Below are positions 10,299-20,950 of a stretch of 64,000 bases of DNA, in pieces (positions within the stretch are counted from its first letter, which is position 1; each line of letters starts with the position of its first letter). Made by a program: the position numbers and the translations under genes. A model generated the notes under the pieces. The model saw nothing but the letters and a program-made list of their open reading frames with translations. It was not told where the DNA came from and ran no database searches. Origin of the DNA: Methanocaldococcus sp. 16A (GTDB taxonomy: Archaea; AGJL01; Methanococci; Methanococcales; Methanocaldococcaceae); NCBI GenBank assembly GCA_049860595.1, contig CP187551.1. One strand, written 5' to 3'.

Positions 10299-11771
10299 TT
10301 ATGCTGTTTGATGTTTCTCTTTCCACTCCTTTAATATCTTATCCCAGTTTTTCCTTAAGAAGTCTCCAACTTGAGAAGAATCTCTTGTTCCAACAATACA
10401 AGTCCATCCAGTTTTATCTTCAATATCTCCTCTTGTTGAAGCCGCTAATGCAGGTAAAATTAATATTCTATGGCTAACTTTATCAGCAATTCCTGTTTCT
10501 TCAATTAGTTTCTTAGCGTTCTCTCCATTGTACTGTCCTCCTGCAACTGAGACATCAACAGCCTTTCCACCAGTATCCATTACTAATAACCAACAAGTGA
10601 CATTGTCTTTTTCAAAGTCTCCTGTAACTGTGTAGAATGTTAATGAGAAGTTTGTTGTTAATATGACTGGGCTGTTTTCGTCTGGATTGCCAATTGGATA
10701 TAAGCCAGGTTCAACTGCCTGTGGTTTTCTTGGGTCTGTGTAGATACATTGTCTCAATGTTAATACTGGCATTAACTCCCAAATATCCATTCCATGCATA
10801 ATTAAGGCATCAGCATATCTATTCATTAATGTAGCTGCAATAGTTGCTTCAAACATCTTAGCAACAACCTCTTTATCATCAAAGAATCCAGAAATTGGGC
10901 AGTCATTATTTAAAGCGTAATAGTAGGCATTAATTGGTAAATTCAATATTGGAAATCCTAAGTATTTATCTTCTTTCTCAATAGCACTTCTTCTAATCAT
11001 TACATTTAAATCTAATGTTTCAGCAATATTTTCAGGATATGTATGAGGCTCCAAAACCAAATCTTCAATACCATTAGCTAAGCACTTTGCAGCCATATTC
11101 TTTAAATCTTTAACGTTATTTGATGATAAAACCAAAACAACATCCTTTTCTTTTTTAAGCTCTTTAATTACTTTTATAAAATCATTCAGCGTATCTTTTG
11201 TTGCAGCATAAATCATTGGTTTTGATTTAACTACTTTTAAAGCTTCTTTTATAACCTCTGGATTTAATGAGGCAATACAAATAGGCATTTTTGTTTCTTT
11301 TTCCACAATCTCTATAGCTTTTTTGAATTTCTCAACATCTCCAGATGCATTTCTTATAACAATAAAGTCTAATTTTAATTGTTCTCCAGTTCTTTCAAAT
11401 GCAAAATTCTCTATTTCCTTAGCTTTATTCTTAATTTCCTCTTCACTTAACTCATCACTAATATCGATACCAATTGGTGTAGGGTTGAAGAATGACAACT
11501 GATATCTATACATTACTTCATCTCCACCCATAACAGCTTTTTTCTCATCATTTCCAAACCACACTTCCTTTACAGGTGGAGATACAAGTTCTATAATTTT
11601 CTTTCTATTTTCTTCAAATTTTGGAGTATTTAGAATAGGACATTGGTCAACACTCGCCTCTTTTTCTAACAATTTTGTAGCAAATGCCATACATGATGGT
11701 TGTCCACATTTTTTACAGTTTGTTTTTGGTAATAATTTATAGATATCCATTGCACTAACTTTTTTTGGCAT
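10299..11771 (-). CDS. cdhE: ACDS complex gamma subunit (corrinoid Fe-S protein, large)
   Basis: LPKTNCKKCGQPSCMAFA; IYTDPRKP; TTNFSLT. Confidence 0.93.
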   Translation of the reverse strand: MPKKVSAMDIYKLLPKTNCKKCGQPSCMAFATKLLEKEASVDQCPILNTPKFEENRKKIIELVSPPVKEVWFGNDEKKAVMGGDEVMYRYQLSFFNPTPIGIDISDELSEEEIKNKAKEIENFAFERTGEQLKLDFIVIRNASGDVEKFKKAIEIVEKETKMPICIASLNPEVIKEALKVVKSKPMIYAATKDTLNDFIKVIKELKKEKDVVLVLSSNNVKDLKNMAAKCLANGIEDLVLEPHTYPENIAETLDLNVMIRRSAIEKEDKYLGFPILNLPINAYYYALNNDCPISGFFDDKEVVAKMFEATIAATLMNRYADALIMHGMDIWELMPVLTLRQCIYTDPRKPQAVEPGLYPIGNPDENSPVILTTNFSLTFYTVTGDFEKDNVTCWLLVMDTGGKAVDVSVAGGQYNGENAKKLIEETGIADKVSHRILILPALAASTRGDIEDKTGWTCIVGTRDSSQVGDFLRKNWDKILKEWKEKHQTA

Positions 11772-11814
11772 TTAATCACCTCAGAATTAAATATTTTAAA
11801 ATTTAACTGCCATT

Positions 11815-13005
11815 TTATGATTTTGCTGTAATCCACTCATAATTGTTGGTATTTAATTTAACCTCTCCCGGCTTAGTTGTTAGAGTTTTTCCAATCTCTT
11901 TTAATGTTTTTACAGCTATTGGGTTAAGCATCATGAATAAATCAACTCCACACATCATCATTGTAATTCCAGTAGTTATTTCCCATAATGGCAATCTATA
12001 CTCTCTTGGCCCCCACTCTTTGTTAGCCATCCATGCTTCTCTTGCTCCATTAGCGTTTGTTGTTCCAGAGGACATTGGCATATTAACTAACTCATCCCCT
12101 TTCAACCCATTCAATCTCAATCTTGTCATTGCATTGATTGAGAACTCAATTCCATATCCTAAAGCACATGTTGTAGGGTCCATAACTATTCTATTTGGGT
12201 CTAAGCCAGCTTCAATTAACTTTCTGTTTAAATCTCTCGCCATGTTTGGGTCCATAATACTCCATGCCAATACATTATGGTCATATTTCATAGCCGCATC
12301 AACTATCTTTTTATAATCCAATTCTAAGTTTGCTGAAGCTAATAAACATCTATCTCCTTCTGCAGCTTCAGCACACGCCTCTAAAACTAACGGGTCTTTT
12401 TGAGGGTTTCCACTACCTCCAATAACAAATGGAACATCAACAGCTTGTAATAAATCTTCCATTAATTTTGCAGCTTCTTTTGGACTTTTATCATTAATTT
12501 TTGGGTCTGTTGAGATGTGGTGGATTGTTATCATATCTGCTTCAAATTCTTTAACACACTTCTTAGCCCATTCGCAAGGGTCTTCCATAACATCTTGGAA
12601 AAATTCTCTAATTGGTTTCGGTAATCCAGGCATTGGTATATCAAAAATATCAAATGTAACAACTGGTGGATTTGGTTGTGGTTCTTCAAATCTATATAAA
12701 GCTTTTTGCCCACCAATTTTTACAACAACACCTCTACCGCCTTCTGATTTTGGTTTTCCAAATTGAACTTCTCTAATATAGCCAGGGTATTTTTCAACTG
12801 GTGGTTGCCAATCTAATTCTGGGACATCTTTAATTTCAATTATTCCCTCATCAGCCAATTTTTCTTTTATTGATGGTGTTTGAGGTATAACAACTGGAGG
12901 AGCGGATGGGATGTTTATTATTAGCTCGTCTGCAGTAATTGTTATATTTTCAATCTCTATCTTTCCAACTTTTTCAATGATTTTTATCAAAGCATTTAAA
13001 TCCAT
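11815..13005 (-). CDS. cdhD: ACDS complex delta subunit (corrinoid Fe-S protein, small)
   Basis: GGSGNPQKD, MDPTTCALGYGIE, REAW; adjacent to cdhE. Confidence 0.92.
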   Translation of the reverse strand: MDLNALIKIIEKVGKIEIENITITADELIINIPSAPPVVIPQTPSIKEKLADEGIIEIKDVPELDWQPPVEKYPGYIREVQFGKPKSEGGRGVVVKIGGQKALYRFEEPQPNPPVVTFDIFDIPMPGLPKPIREFFQDVMEDPCEWAKKCVKEFEADMITIHHISTDPKINDKSPKEAAKLMEDLLQAVDVPFVIGGSGNPQKDPLVLEACAEAAEGDRCLLASANLELDYKKIVDAAMKYDHNVLAWSIMDPNMARDLNRKLIEAGLDPNRIVMDPTTCALGYGIEFSINAMTRLRLNGLKGDELVNMPMSSGTTNANGAREAWMANKEWGPREYRLPLWEITTGITMMMCGVDLFMMLNPIAVKTLKEIGKTLTTKPGEVKLNTNNYEWITAKS

Positions 13006-13230
13006 AGCATCACCTAATTTGTCATTATAAATCATTATAGATTAGATTGATAGTCTATTGAATTTAATATATAAACGTTATTATTTCAATTTTTTAAAGG
13101 AAAATTTTAAAAAAATAAAAAATATTTTACTTTCTTTGGATATTAATTTTGTTAATAATACATATCATATCTTTACGTGAATAACCTTTAAATATGCTGT
13201 TATCTATTAATAATAAATGCCTATTAATGT

Positions 13231-13322
13231 GGCGCGGGGTACCGGGCTTGGTAGCCCGGGGCGGACTTCAGATCCGTCGAGGGCGGATGCCCTCGGGGTT
13301 CGATTCCCCCCCTGCGCCGCCA
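13231..13322 (+). tRNA. selC: tRNA-Sec (anticodon UCA)
   Basis: 9-bp acceptor stem GGCGCGGGG/CCCTGCGCC, long D stem, anticodon loop CTTCAGA, long variable arm, GTTCGATT, encoded CCA. Confidence 0.96.
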
Positions 13323-13342
13323 TTACTTTTTTTTGTGAGATT

Positions 13343-14251
13343 ATGGAAAAAGTATATTCAAAATTTGGAAGAGTTGATGATTTAAAAGAAATTATTTCTG
13401 GATTAGCTAATTTTACTGGAATTATTAGAATAGATAACGCTCTTTTATATTATATAAACTCAAAGCTAATCTCATCAAAGCTAAATGGTAGAGAAAAAAG
13501 TTTAGAAGAAATATTTTCACAAATTTCTGATGAATTTTTAATAGAGATTTATGTTGGAGATGAGATGGAAATAAAATCTGCTTTAAAAAATTTTAAACCA
13601 GATGAATCTATTGTTGAGATTTCAAAATTAAGTTTGGTTTTTGATAACACGTTTGTTCTTAATTCTTATAATGACGTATATAAATATCTAACTTCTGTTG
13701 ATAAAGTTGTTTTTATACCAAAAAGATTTAAAAACGAAAAGGCAGTTGTTGTTTATAAAAATAAAAGAGAGATTTTTGCAGTATATTTTGGAAAGAAAAT
13801 ATTGTTTGGAAAAAGAGCAATTAATAAGTTAAAAACAACATTTGCTGTTAGTGAGATAATTGCAAAAATTGAAAACATATCCAACGAGCAACTGAATTCG
13901 TTAAAGAGTAAATATCCTGATGGGGTTATATTCTTTGGAGAATCTGTTAATGATGTAATCAAAAAAATAACTTCATCAAAAGAGGCGATAATTTTAGAAA
14001 ATGTTTCATTGATTGATGCTCTATCTAATGGCACATGTTTGATTAAAATTGAAGGTAGTGAAGAAGGATATATAATCGCTAAAGAAGGAAAGCCAACATA
14101 TGCATTTTTAAAAGATTTTGATGGAGAAAAAAGTTATAGATTACTAAAAAGTATGTGCATAGTTGAGGATGTTAAATATTATATTTATAAGTTATCAAAA
14201 GATGAATATGAAATGTTTAAAGCTTTTCAAGAAAATAGGATTACATTTTAA
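13343..14251 (+). CDS. Conserved hypothetical protein (DUF2226-like)
   Basis: ATG at 13343 after a GTGAG RBS; FTGIIRI motif; the listed ORF start overlaps the tRNA and is artefactual. Confidence 0.65.
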   Translation: MEKVYSKFGRVDDLKEIISGLANFTGIIRIDNALLYYINSKLISSKLNGREKSLEEIFSQISDEFLIEIYVGDEMEIKSALKNFKPDESIVEISKLSLVFDNTFVLNSYNDVYKYLTSVDKVVFIPKRFKNEKAVVVYKNKREIFAVYFGKKILFGKRAINKLKTTFAVSEIIAKIENISNEQLNSLKSKYPDGVIFFGESVNDVIKKITSSKEAIILENVSLIDALSNGTCLIKIEGSEEGYIIAKEGKPTYAFLKDFDGEKSYRLLKSMCIVEDVKYYIYKLSKDEYEMFKAFQENRITF

Positions 14252-14715
14252 TCTTTGTCTGTCATCTTTATTGCCATTTCATAAGCTTTCTTTAAATCTC
14301 CAGTTTCTAAGATACATTTTTCAGCAATCTCTTTTGGAATATCTTTTTTTACAAAAACATCTACTGCCTCTTTAAAGAACTCACTATTTTTTATAATTTC
14401 TTTGGCAAGCTCTTTTTTTAGTTCCATATATTCTTCTGGACTTATATTATTTTTAGCAAGTTCATAATCTCTATAAGGACAGGGCTTTGTTATTTTACAA
14501 CACCACACTAAACTACCAAAGCATGTATTTTTTCCTAATCCAAGCTTTGTTCTTTTCCCAAAATCTTCTTTTATTTTTATAAACTCTTCTGGAGTCATTT
14601 TTAATATAGCTAATGCTTCATGAATAGGACAGTATTTTATTGGGGGACAGCAAAAAGCTAATCCTCTCAAATCTCCTCCTCTGCAAATATGAGATGGAGC
14701 ATTATCCCAACCCAT
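14248..14715 (-). CDS. Methanogenesis marker domain 9 protein (Cys-rich)
   Basis: [30 protein letters not shown]. Confidence 0.85.
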   Translation of the reverse strand: MGWDNAPSHICRGGDLRGLAFCCPPIKYCPIHEALAILKMTPEEFIKIKEDFGKRTKLGLGKNTCFGSLVWCCKITKPCPYRDYELAKNNISPEEYMELKKELAKEIIKNSEFFKEAVDVFVKKDIPKEIAEKCILETGDLKKAYEMAIKMTDKD

Positions 14716-14812
14716 AATTTCACCATTTATTATGATTAAAGAAGATATGCTCTTTAAGATTTTGTTTAATTCTTTTAAAAAAGTTTCTGTAATTTTGGGA
14801 GTTATAACTTAA

Positions 14813-14909
14813 AATAGGACTTTCGCAGGAATAACTAATAATAATGAACTTTGATGCTTTTAGCATCATAGATACCTTAATGAACTATAAAAATTGCGAA
14901 AGTCCTATT
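14813..14909. repeat. Palindromic ~97-bp repeat element, family A
   Basis: Perfect 15-bp terminal IR AATAGGACTTTCGCA/TGCGAAAGTCCTATT; central hairpin TGATGC/GCATCA. Confidence 0.9.
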
Positions 14910-14935
14910 AAAACAAAAAAAAGATTGTTAAGAAA

Positions 14936-16021
14936 TTATGAAATAATCTTATCAATCATATCTAACTGCAAAGCCATTTTTATCTCTCTTGCTATCCTCT
15001 GCCCCATACTCAATGGCTCACCATTATATAAGAAAGAGTATGGACTACCATTCATAAAGCTGTTTGTTCCTCCATCAGTTCTTGCACTCATCTCAAAGAC
15101 AACTAATTCAAGATTTTCATTGCACAAGCTCTGTAAGCAGAATGGTCCAATCATTCCTGGAGGGACTAACTCTTTAGCCTTAGCAACTAACTTATCTCCC
15201 ATTTCAAAAACTTGAGGTAATAAACTCTCTCTAATAACAACTGGAATATTTCCAGTAATAACATAACTTGGATTTATTTCCATTTCTAATTGGTCTTTTG
15301 CTGGAATTCTAACTAAACCATCTATATTACTTTCATATCTCTTATCCATTCCTAATAACTCAACTTCATCTTTTAGTGGAGAGTAGAAGTAATGAATGCA
15401 AAAGTTAGTTCCAACAACATACTCTTCTATATGTGCATTGGCTATATCTTCATCAGTTAATATTCCTCTTTTCTTTAATTCTTCAGCCTTTTTATAAAAC
15501 TCTTCTGTTGATGAAGCTATAAAGTAACCTCTTCCACCTCTCGCCCCTGGGAATTTAACTATAACAGTTCCATCAATATCTTCTGGACTTTCATACTTTT
15601 TAGGAACTCTTATTCCTGCTTCTCTTAACAATTTTCCTTCTAAGCTTCTCTCTGATTCCCATCTTAATATTCTCCTGTTCCCAAACATTGGGACTAAAAA
15701 ATTATTTTCTACATTGTCTAAACCACAGTATGCTATAAAAGAGCCATGAGGAACTACTATAGCGTTTAACTCTCTCAACTTCTCCTGAATCTCTTCATTT
15801 TTTATATCTGAGAAATTATCAACATATATGAATTTATCAGCAACTTTAAACCTCTTGTATGGAACATCTCTTCCCTTCATTGTTATGCAGACAGTAGAAA
15901 AGCCCTCTAACTTAGCTCCTTTTAAAATATGCAAAGATGTATGGCTTCCTAATGTTGCTATTGTTATCTCATCCTTGTTGTATTTATCAAAAATCTCTAA
16001 AATTTCATCCTTTGAAATCAT
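14936..16021 (-). CDS. purP: FAICAR synthetase (ATP-grasp)
   Basis: LGSHTSL, PHGSF, GARGGRGYF, SARTDGGTN. Confidence 0.93.
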   Translation of the reverse strand: MISKDEILEIFDKYNKDEITIATLGSHTSLHILKGAKLEGFSTVCITMKGRDVPYKRFKVADKFIYVDNFSDIKNEEIQEKLRELNAIVVPHGSFIAYCGLDNVENNFLVPMFGNRRILRWESERSLEGKLLREAGIRVPKKYESPEDIDGTVIVKFPGARGGRGYFIASSTEEFYKKAEELKKRGILTDEDIANAHIEEYVVGTNFCIHYFYSPLKDEVELLGMDKRYESNIDGLVRIPAKDQLEMEINPSYVITGNIPVVIRESLLPQVFEMGDKLVAKAKELVPPGMIGPFCLQSLCNENLELVVFEMSARTDGGTNSFMNGSPYSFLYNGEPLSMGQRIAREIKMALQLDMIDKIIS

Positions 16022-16151
16022 TTATTTCACCTAAATATAAGGTTTTTGTAGTATCTTTAATATTTTAAAAAAACAATATAAAATGCTTACTGCTTAAACC
16101 AAGTAGAAATTAATAAATAGATATAAACTTATGAGGAGTTGAGGGATAATT

Positions 16152-16844
16152 ATGATTATTATTGGTATTGATGAAGCTGGAAGAGGGCCTGTTTTGGGTC
16201 CAATGGTTGTTTGTGCTTATGCTATTAAAAAAGATAAAGAAGATGAGTTAAAAAAATTGGGAGTTAAAGATAGTAAGGAGCTAACTAAAAATAAAAGAGG
16301 ATATTTAAAAAAATTGCTTGAAAATTTAGGATGTGTGGAGAAATTAATTTTAGAGGCAAAGAGAATAAATGAGCTAATGAACTCTATCAACTTAAATGAA
16401 ATTGAAATTAATGCTTTTTCTGAAGTTGCTAAAAATTTAATAGAAAAGTTAGATATAAAAGATGAAGAGGTTGAGATTTATTTAGATGCATGTAGCACAA
16501 ATGCTAAAAAATTTGAAGATAGCTTTAAAGATAAGATAGAGGATATAATTAAAAAAAGAAATTTAAATGTTAAGATTATAGCTGAACATAAGGCAGATGC
16601 TAAATATCTTGTTGTTTCAGCCGCTTCAATAATAGCAAAGGCAGAGAGGGATGAAATAATAGATAACTACAAAAAAATTTATGGAGATATAGGAAGTGGC
16701 TACCCATCAGACCCAAAGACCATAAAATTCCTCGAAGATTACTTTAAAAAACATAAAAAACTTCCTGATATTGCAAGAACTCATTGGAAAACCTGTCAAA
16801 GAATTTTAAACAAATTAAAACAAACAAGATTAGATAGCTATTAA
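16152..16844 (+). CDS. rnhB: Ribonuclease HII
   Basis: GIDEAGRGPVLGP, DSK, AASIIAK, GSGYPSD. Confidence 0.97.
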   Translation: MIIIGIDEAGRGPVLGPMVVCAYAIKKDKEDELKKLGVKDSKELTKNKRGYLKKLLENLGCVEKLILEAKRINELMNSINLNEIEINAFSEVAKNLIEKLDIKDEEVEIYLDACSTNAKKFEDSFKDKIEDIIKKRNLNVKIIAEHKADAKYLVVSAASIIAKAERDEIIDNYKKIYGDIGSGYPSDPKTIKFLEDYFKKHKKLPDIARTHWKTCQRILNKLKQTRLDSY

Positions 16845-16872
16845 AATTCAATAAAATTTAAGGTGTTGTGTC

Positions 16873-17733
16873 ATGTTTGCTTATAAATTATTGGTGGATG
16901 ATAGAGGAAAGAGATATTTGTTAAAAAAGAATGTTGAGAAGTTTGGGACAGATTTGGGAATTGTAGATATGAAAGAAGTTGAGGAAGGTGTTGAATTAAA
17001 ATCACACAAAGGGCATACATTTTATTTAGTAGAGCCAACAATGTTTGATATCCTAAAGAGAATGAAGAGGACAGTAACTACCTTATTACCAAAAGATATT
17101 GGGTTCATTATAGCAAGAGCTGGAATTAGAGAGGGAGAAACAGTCGTTGAGGCAGGAACTGGTTCAGGAGCTTTAACTATGTATCTATCAAATGCTGTTG
17201 GTAAAACAGGGAAAGTTATTACTTATGATATAAGACCAGAATTTGCCAAAGTTGCAAGAAAGAATTTGTTGAGAGTAGGAGCTATTAGAAAAGGGCAAAA
17301 AATTATTGGTTTAGATGAAGAGTTTGATGATGAAGATGAAATTGATGTTGAAGATGGACTTTTCAATGTTATCCAAAAAATTGGTGATGTTAGAGAGAAG
17401 ATAGATGAGAAAGATGTAGATGTAATTGTTTTAGATTTGCCAGACCCTTGGAATGTTGTAGAGAATGCAAAAAAGGCATTGAATAAAAAAAGAGGAAGGA
17501 TAGTTACTTATCTTCCATATATAGAGCAGGTTAAAAAGACAGTAGAGAAGCTCAAAGAGGAAGGATTTTGGGATATACACACTTATGAAATAATTGAGAG
17601 AGAAATTGAGATTTCTGAAAAAGGTGTTAGACCATCAACAAGGATGATTGGGCATACAGGTTATATAACTGTTGCAAGAGTACCTCCAAAAAAGATAGAA
17701 GAAGATGAAGATGAAAATATTGAAGAAAAATAA
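16873..17733 (+). CDS. trmI: tRNA (adenine57/58-N1)-methyltransferase
   Basis: EAGTGSGALT, LDLPDPW, HTGY. Confidence 0.93.
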   Translation: MFAYKLLVDDRGKRYLLKKNVEKFGTDLGIVDMKEVEEGVELKSHKGHTFYLVEPTMFDILKRMKRTVTTLLPKDIGFIIARAGIREGETVVEAGTGSGALTMYLSNAVGKTGKVITYDIRPEFAKVARKNLLRVGAIRKGQKIIGLDEEFDDEDEIDVEDGLFNVIQKIGDVREKIDEKDVDVIVLDLPDPWNVVENAKKALNKKRGRIVTYLPYIEQVKKTVEKLKEEGFWDIHTYEIIEREIEISEKGVRPSTRMIGHTGYITVARVPPKKIEEDEDENIEEK

Positions 17734-17769
17734 AAATTTAATAAAGATTTTGTTATTGAAGGGGGCAGT

Positions 17770-18576
17770 ATGCTAATATTTGGCACTGCTGGAGTTCCAA
17801 TATCTGCAGAGGATGAATTTAAAGGAGTAGATGTTTTAAGAAAGTTAAATTTGGGAGCTATGGAATTGGAATTTGTTAAAGGAGTTTATATGAAAGAGGA
17901 CTATGCTAAAACGTTGAAAGAGTATGGAAAAGATATTATTTTTTCTGCTCATGCTCCCCATTTTATAAATCTTAATGCAAATGAAAATGAAAAGATAGAG
18001 AATAGTATAAGGAGAATTATCAAAACAGCTAAGGTTTTAAACAATTGTGGTAGGAATTTAGTTTTTCATCCTGGATATTATTTGAAAAGAAGTAAGGAAG
18101 TAACTTACAATAGAATAAAATCAAATATTCAAAGAATTTTGGATAAATTAGAGATTTTAAATTTAAATGTTATGTTAAGACCTGAAACTACTGGAAAGAC
18201 ATCACAATTTGGCGATATTGACGAGATATTAAAACTTTGTTTTGAATTGGATATTTTACCCTGTATTGATTTCTCCCATATTTATGCAAGAAGTAGAGGG
18301 GCCATAAATGATTACAACTCTTTTTATAAAATTCTTGAAAAGATTGAAAATACCTTAGGAAAAAACGCTATAAAGGATATGCACATTCATCTATCTGGAA
18401 TAGAGTATGGAAAGGGAGGGGAAAGGAGGCATTTGCCTTTAAATGAATCTAATTTTAATTATAAAGATGTTTTAAAAGCTTTAAAAGATTTTGAAGCCTC
18501 TGGAACTATAATATGTGAGAGCCCAAGGTTAGAATATGATGCTGTTTTGTTGATGAAATGTTATAATGACTTATAA
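17770..18576 (+). CDS. Endonuclease IV-like TIM-barrel (AP endonuclease family 2)
   Basis: HAPHFINL, FHPG, PETTGK, CIDFSH, HIHLSG. Confidence 0.88.
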   Translation: MLIFGTAGVPISAEDEFKGVDVLRKLNLGAMELEFVKGVYMKEDYAKTLKEYGKDIIFSAHAPHFINLNANENEKIENSIRRIIKTAKVLNNCGRNLVFHPGYYLKRSKEVTYNRIKSNIQRILDKLEILNLNVMLRPETTGKTSQFGDIDEILKLCFELDILPCIDFSHIYARSRGAINDYNSFYKILEKIENTLGKNAIKDMHIHLSGIEYGKGGERRHLPLNESNFNYKDVLKALKDFEASGTIICESPRLEYDAVLLMKCYNDL

Positions 18577-19307
18577 TAATAAAAAAGTATTTCATTTTAG
18601 GTGAGAATATTGGATTATCATTTTTAAGAAGGAGTAAATTAGAGGATAACGCCGTAACATTAGCTGTAGATAAAATTGCTTCTGAAGACTTAATTTCTGG
18701 AAATATAACTGGTACTACGTATATTGCACCACTCTACCAATTCATTGAAAACAAAATAACCAAAGAAATCCAAAAAGTCCCAAACATTAAAAAAGACATC
18801 CTAAAATTAATCAAAGAAAAATATAACGCAACACCAGAGGATTTTCTTTATTACATTTATGCAGTCCTACACGACCCAAAATATAGAGAAAAATACAAAG
18901 AATTTTTAAAAATCAACCTCCCAAGAATTCCATTATATAATAAAGAAACCTTTGAAAAATACAAAGAGATTGGAAAAAAGTTGGTTGAACTCCACTTAAT
19001 GAAAAATATCCTAGCCATTGACTCAGAAATTGAAGGAGAAAACCTAAAAGTTGAAACTGTAAAATATGACAAAAAGAAAAAAGGTATCAAAATAAACAGA
19101 GAAACAATCTTATTAGGCATTGATGAAGATATCTGGAACTTTAAAATTGGTGGCTATAAAGTTATAGAAAAATACTTAAAAGGAAGAAAAGGGAAGAAAT
19201 TAACAATTGATGAATTAGAACACATCTACAAAGTTGTTTATATAATAAAAGAAACAATAAAATTAATGAATATTCTGAGAGACCTTAAAGAGAATAAAAA
19301 CTCTTAA
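18570..19307 (+). pseudogene. Start-less C-terminal target-recognition region of a Type ISP restriction-modification enzyme
   Basis: Open frame 18570-19307 with no ATG/GTG/TTG before 18981; ENIGL, APLY, PEDFLYYIYAVLHDPKYREKY..LKINLPRIP, WNFKIGGYKV. Confidence 0.78.
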
Positions 19308-19427
19308 TACATTGGTTTTAGTCAAATAATGAGATATTATAAATGAAGAACAAGCAATAAAAGAATTTGTGAATGCAAATGTCTTTGGAAAAAGTAAAAA
19401 GAATTGTAGTTAAGTAGTGGGGATAAA

Positions 19428-19760
19428 ATGCCAAAAAGAAAAGGAAGTAAAAAAGAAGGGAGAGTAGCAAATGAATTAAAAAAGAGAGGGTATAAAATTG
19501 AAGGTAGAAATGTTATTAAAAAATTAAATCAGCACAAAAAGGCAGAATATGATTTAATTGTGAGATGGGGAAAATATAAATACGCTATTGAAGTAAAAAG
19601 TGGAAAACAAACTATAACTTCTACAACTATTGAAAAACATATAAAGAAATCAAATAAAATTAGGGCTAAGCCAATGTTTGTTATTGGTAGGAATGTAAAA
19701 TTAACTGGTAAAGCAAAAGAAGTAGCAAGAAAGAATAAGGTAAGGATTGAGATAATTTAA
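19428..19760 (+). CDS. Small basic PD-(D/E)xK nuclease-fold protein
   Basis: E..VA..L...GY; EYDLIV...AIEVKSG. Confidence 0.72.
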   Translation: MPKRKGSKKEGRVANELKKRGYKIEGRNVIKKLNQHKKAEYDLIVRWGKYKYAIEVKSGKQTITSTTIEKHIKKSNKIRAKPMFVIGRNVKLTGKAKEVARKNKVRIEII

Positions 19761-19862
19761 CTTTATAAAAAACAGTGTGATGAAATTGAGCTAAAAATTA
19801 TACAAAAAACTTATTATGTTAAAAAGGCAATAAATTTTATAATAAATTTTTTGGTGTTTAAG

Positions 19863-20777
19863 ATGAGTGAAATAGACATTATAAAAGAAACCTATGAAAA
19901 AATCAAAAATATGGAGATTAGGGGGGCTGGAAGGATAGGGAGGGCTGCAGCTAAGGCATTAAAAGAATATGCTCTAAAAATTTTTCATTTAAGTGAAGAA
20001 GAATTCAAAAATAAAATGAGAGAAGCTGGAGATTTATTGGTATCTGCAAGACCTACAGCTGTTTCTCTACCAAATGCTGTAAAGTATGTATTAAAAGGAT
20101 TAAATGAAGAAAATCCAAAAGAAAGAATTATAGAGAGGGCTGATGAATTTATAAGTTCTTCATTAAAGGCAATTGAAAATATAGGAAAGTTTGGAGCTAA
20201 TAGAATAAAGGATGGAGACACTATATTAACTCACTGTAATTCTGAAGCTGCTATAAGTGTTATAAAAACGGCCTATGATGAAGGAAAAGATATTAAAGTT
20301 TTTTGCACAGAAACAAGACCAAGAAACCAAGGATATTTAACGGCAAAAACTCTCTATGACTACGGAATTGATGTAACTTTAATAGTTGATTCTGCAGTTA
20401 GATACTTTATAAAAGATGTTGATATTGTCGTTGTGGGGGCTGATGCCATAACAGCAAACGGATGTCTTGTAAATAAAATAGGCACATCACAAATTGCTTT
20501 AATAGCTAATGAGAGTAGAGTTCCTTTTTTAACAGCTGCTGAGACATACAAATTCCATCCAAAAACCATAGTTGGAGAACTAATTGAAATAGAAGAAAGA
20601 GACCCAGAAGAAGTTACAACATTTGAAGATAAATACAAAGGCATAAAGATAAGAAATCCAGCATTTGATGTAACACCAGCTAAGTATATAGATGCCATAA
20701 TAACAGAGATTGGATTAATCCCTCCACAAGGAGCATGGTATATAATAGAAAAATACTTTGGATGGCTTGAGAAATAA
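19863..20777 (+). CDS. Ribose-1,5-bisphosphate isomerase (eIF2B-like family)
   Basis: MEIRGA, RPTAVSL, THCNS, ETRP, NKIGT, NPAFDVT. Confidence 0.9.
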   Translation: MSEIDIIKETYEKIKNMEIRGAGRIGRAAAKALKEYALKIFHLSEEEFKNKMREAGDLLVSARPTAVSLPNAVKYVLKGLNEENPKERIIERADEFISSSLKAIENIGKFGANRIKDGDTILTHCNSEAAISVIKTAYDEGKDIKVFCTETRPRNQGYLTAKTLYDYGIDVTLIVDSAVRYFIKDVDIVVVGADAITANGCLVNKIGTSQIALIANESRVPFLTAAETYKFHPKTIVGELIEIEERDPEEVTTFEDKYKGIKIRNPAFDVTPAKYIDAIITEIGLIPPQGAWYIIEKYFGWLEK

Positions 20778-20826
20778 AAATTGTTGTGGTAAAATATATA
20801 TACCACATTTATATAAATTAATATAT

Positions 20827-20950
20827 GTCCCGGGTGGCGACCTTCCGCAGGGGATGAAACCACCTCGGCATTCTACCCACAAGGCGGCCGTGCCGAGTAG
20901 CCATTATGGCTTCAATGAAGGTCACGGTTTTCCAAGGGTAGATACACTTT
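20827..20950 (+). ncRNA. GC-rich structured non-coding RNA candidate (Hgc-type high-GC RNA)
   Basis: High-GC intergenic island with several complementary pairs, upstream TTTATATA box and downstream T-tract. Confidence 0.75.

Noticed and set aside
11843-12766. Antisense ORFs over cdhD, and the many similar shadows over glyA, purC, hel308, modB, PepSY, guaAB, elp3
   Set aside because: Reverse-frame shadows of real genes, rich in Ser/Ile/Phe, with no motifs.
13194-13385. ORF 13194-13385 and the N-terminal extension of 13217-14251
   Set aside because: They overlap tRNA-Sec; the real start is 13343.
14844-15215. 123-aa plus-strand ORF
   Set aside because: Starts in a palindromic repeat and runs antisense to purP.
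19310-19412. Short coding-like remnant (IINEEQAIKEFVNANVF)
   Set aside because: Too short to assign; possibly debris of the deleted R-M locus.
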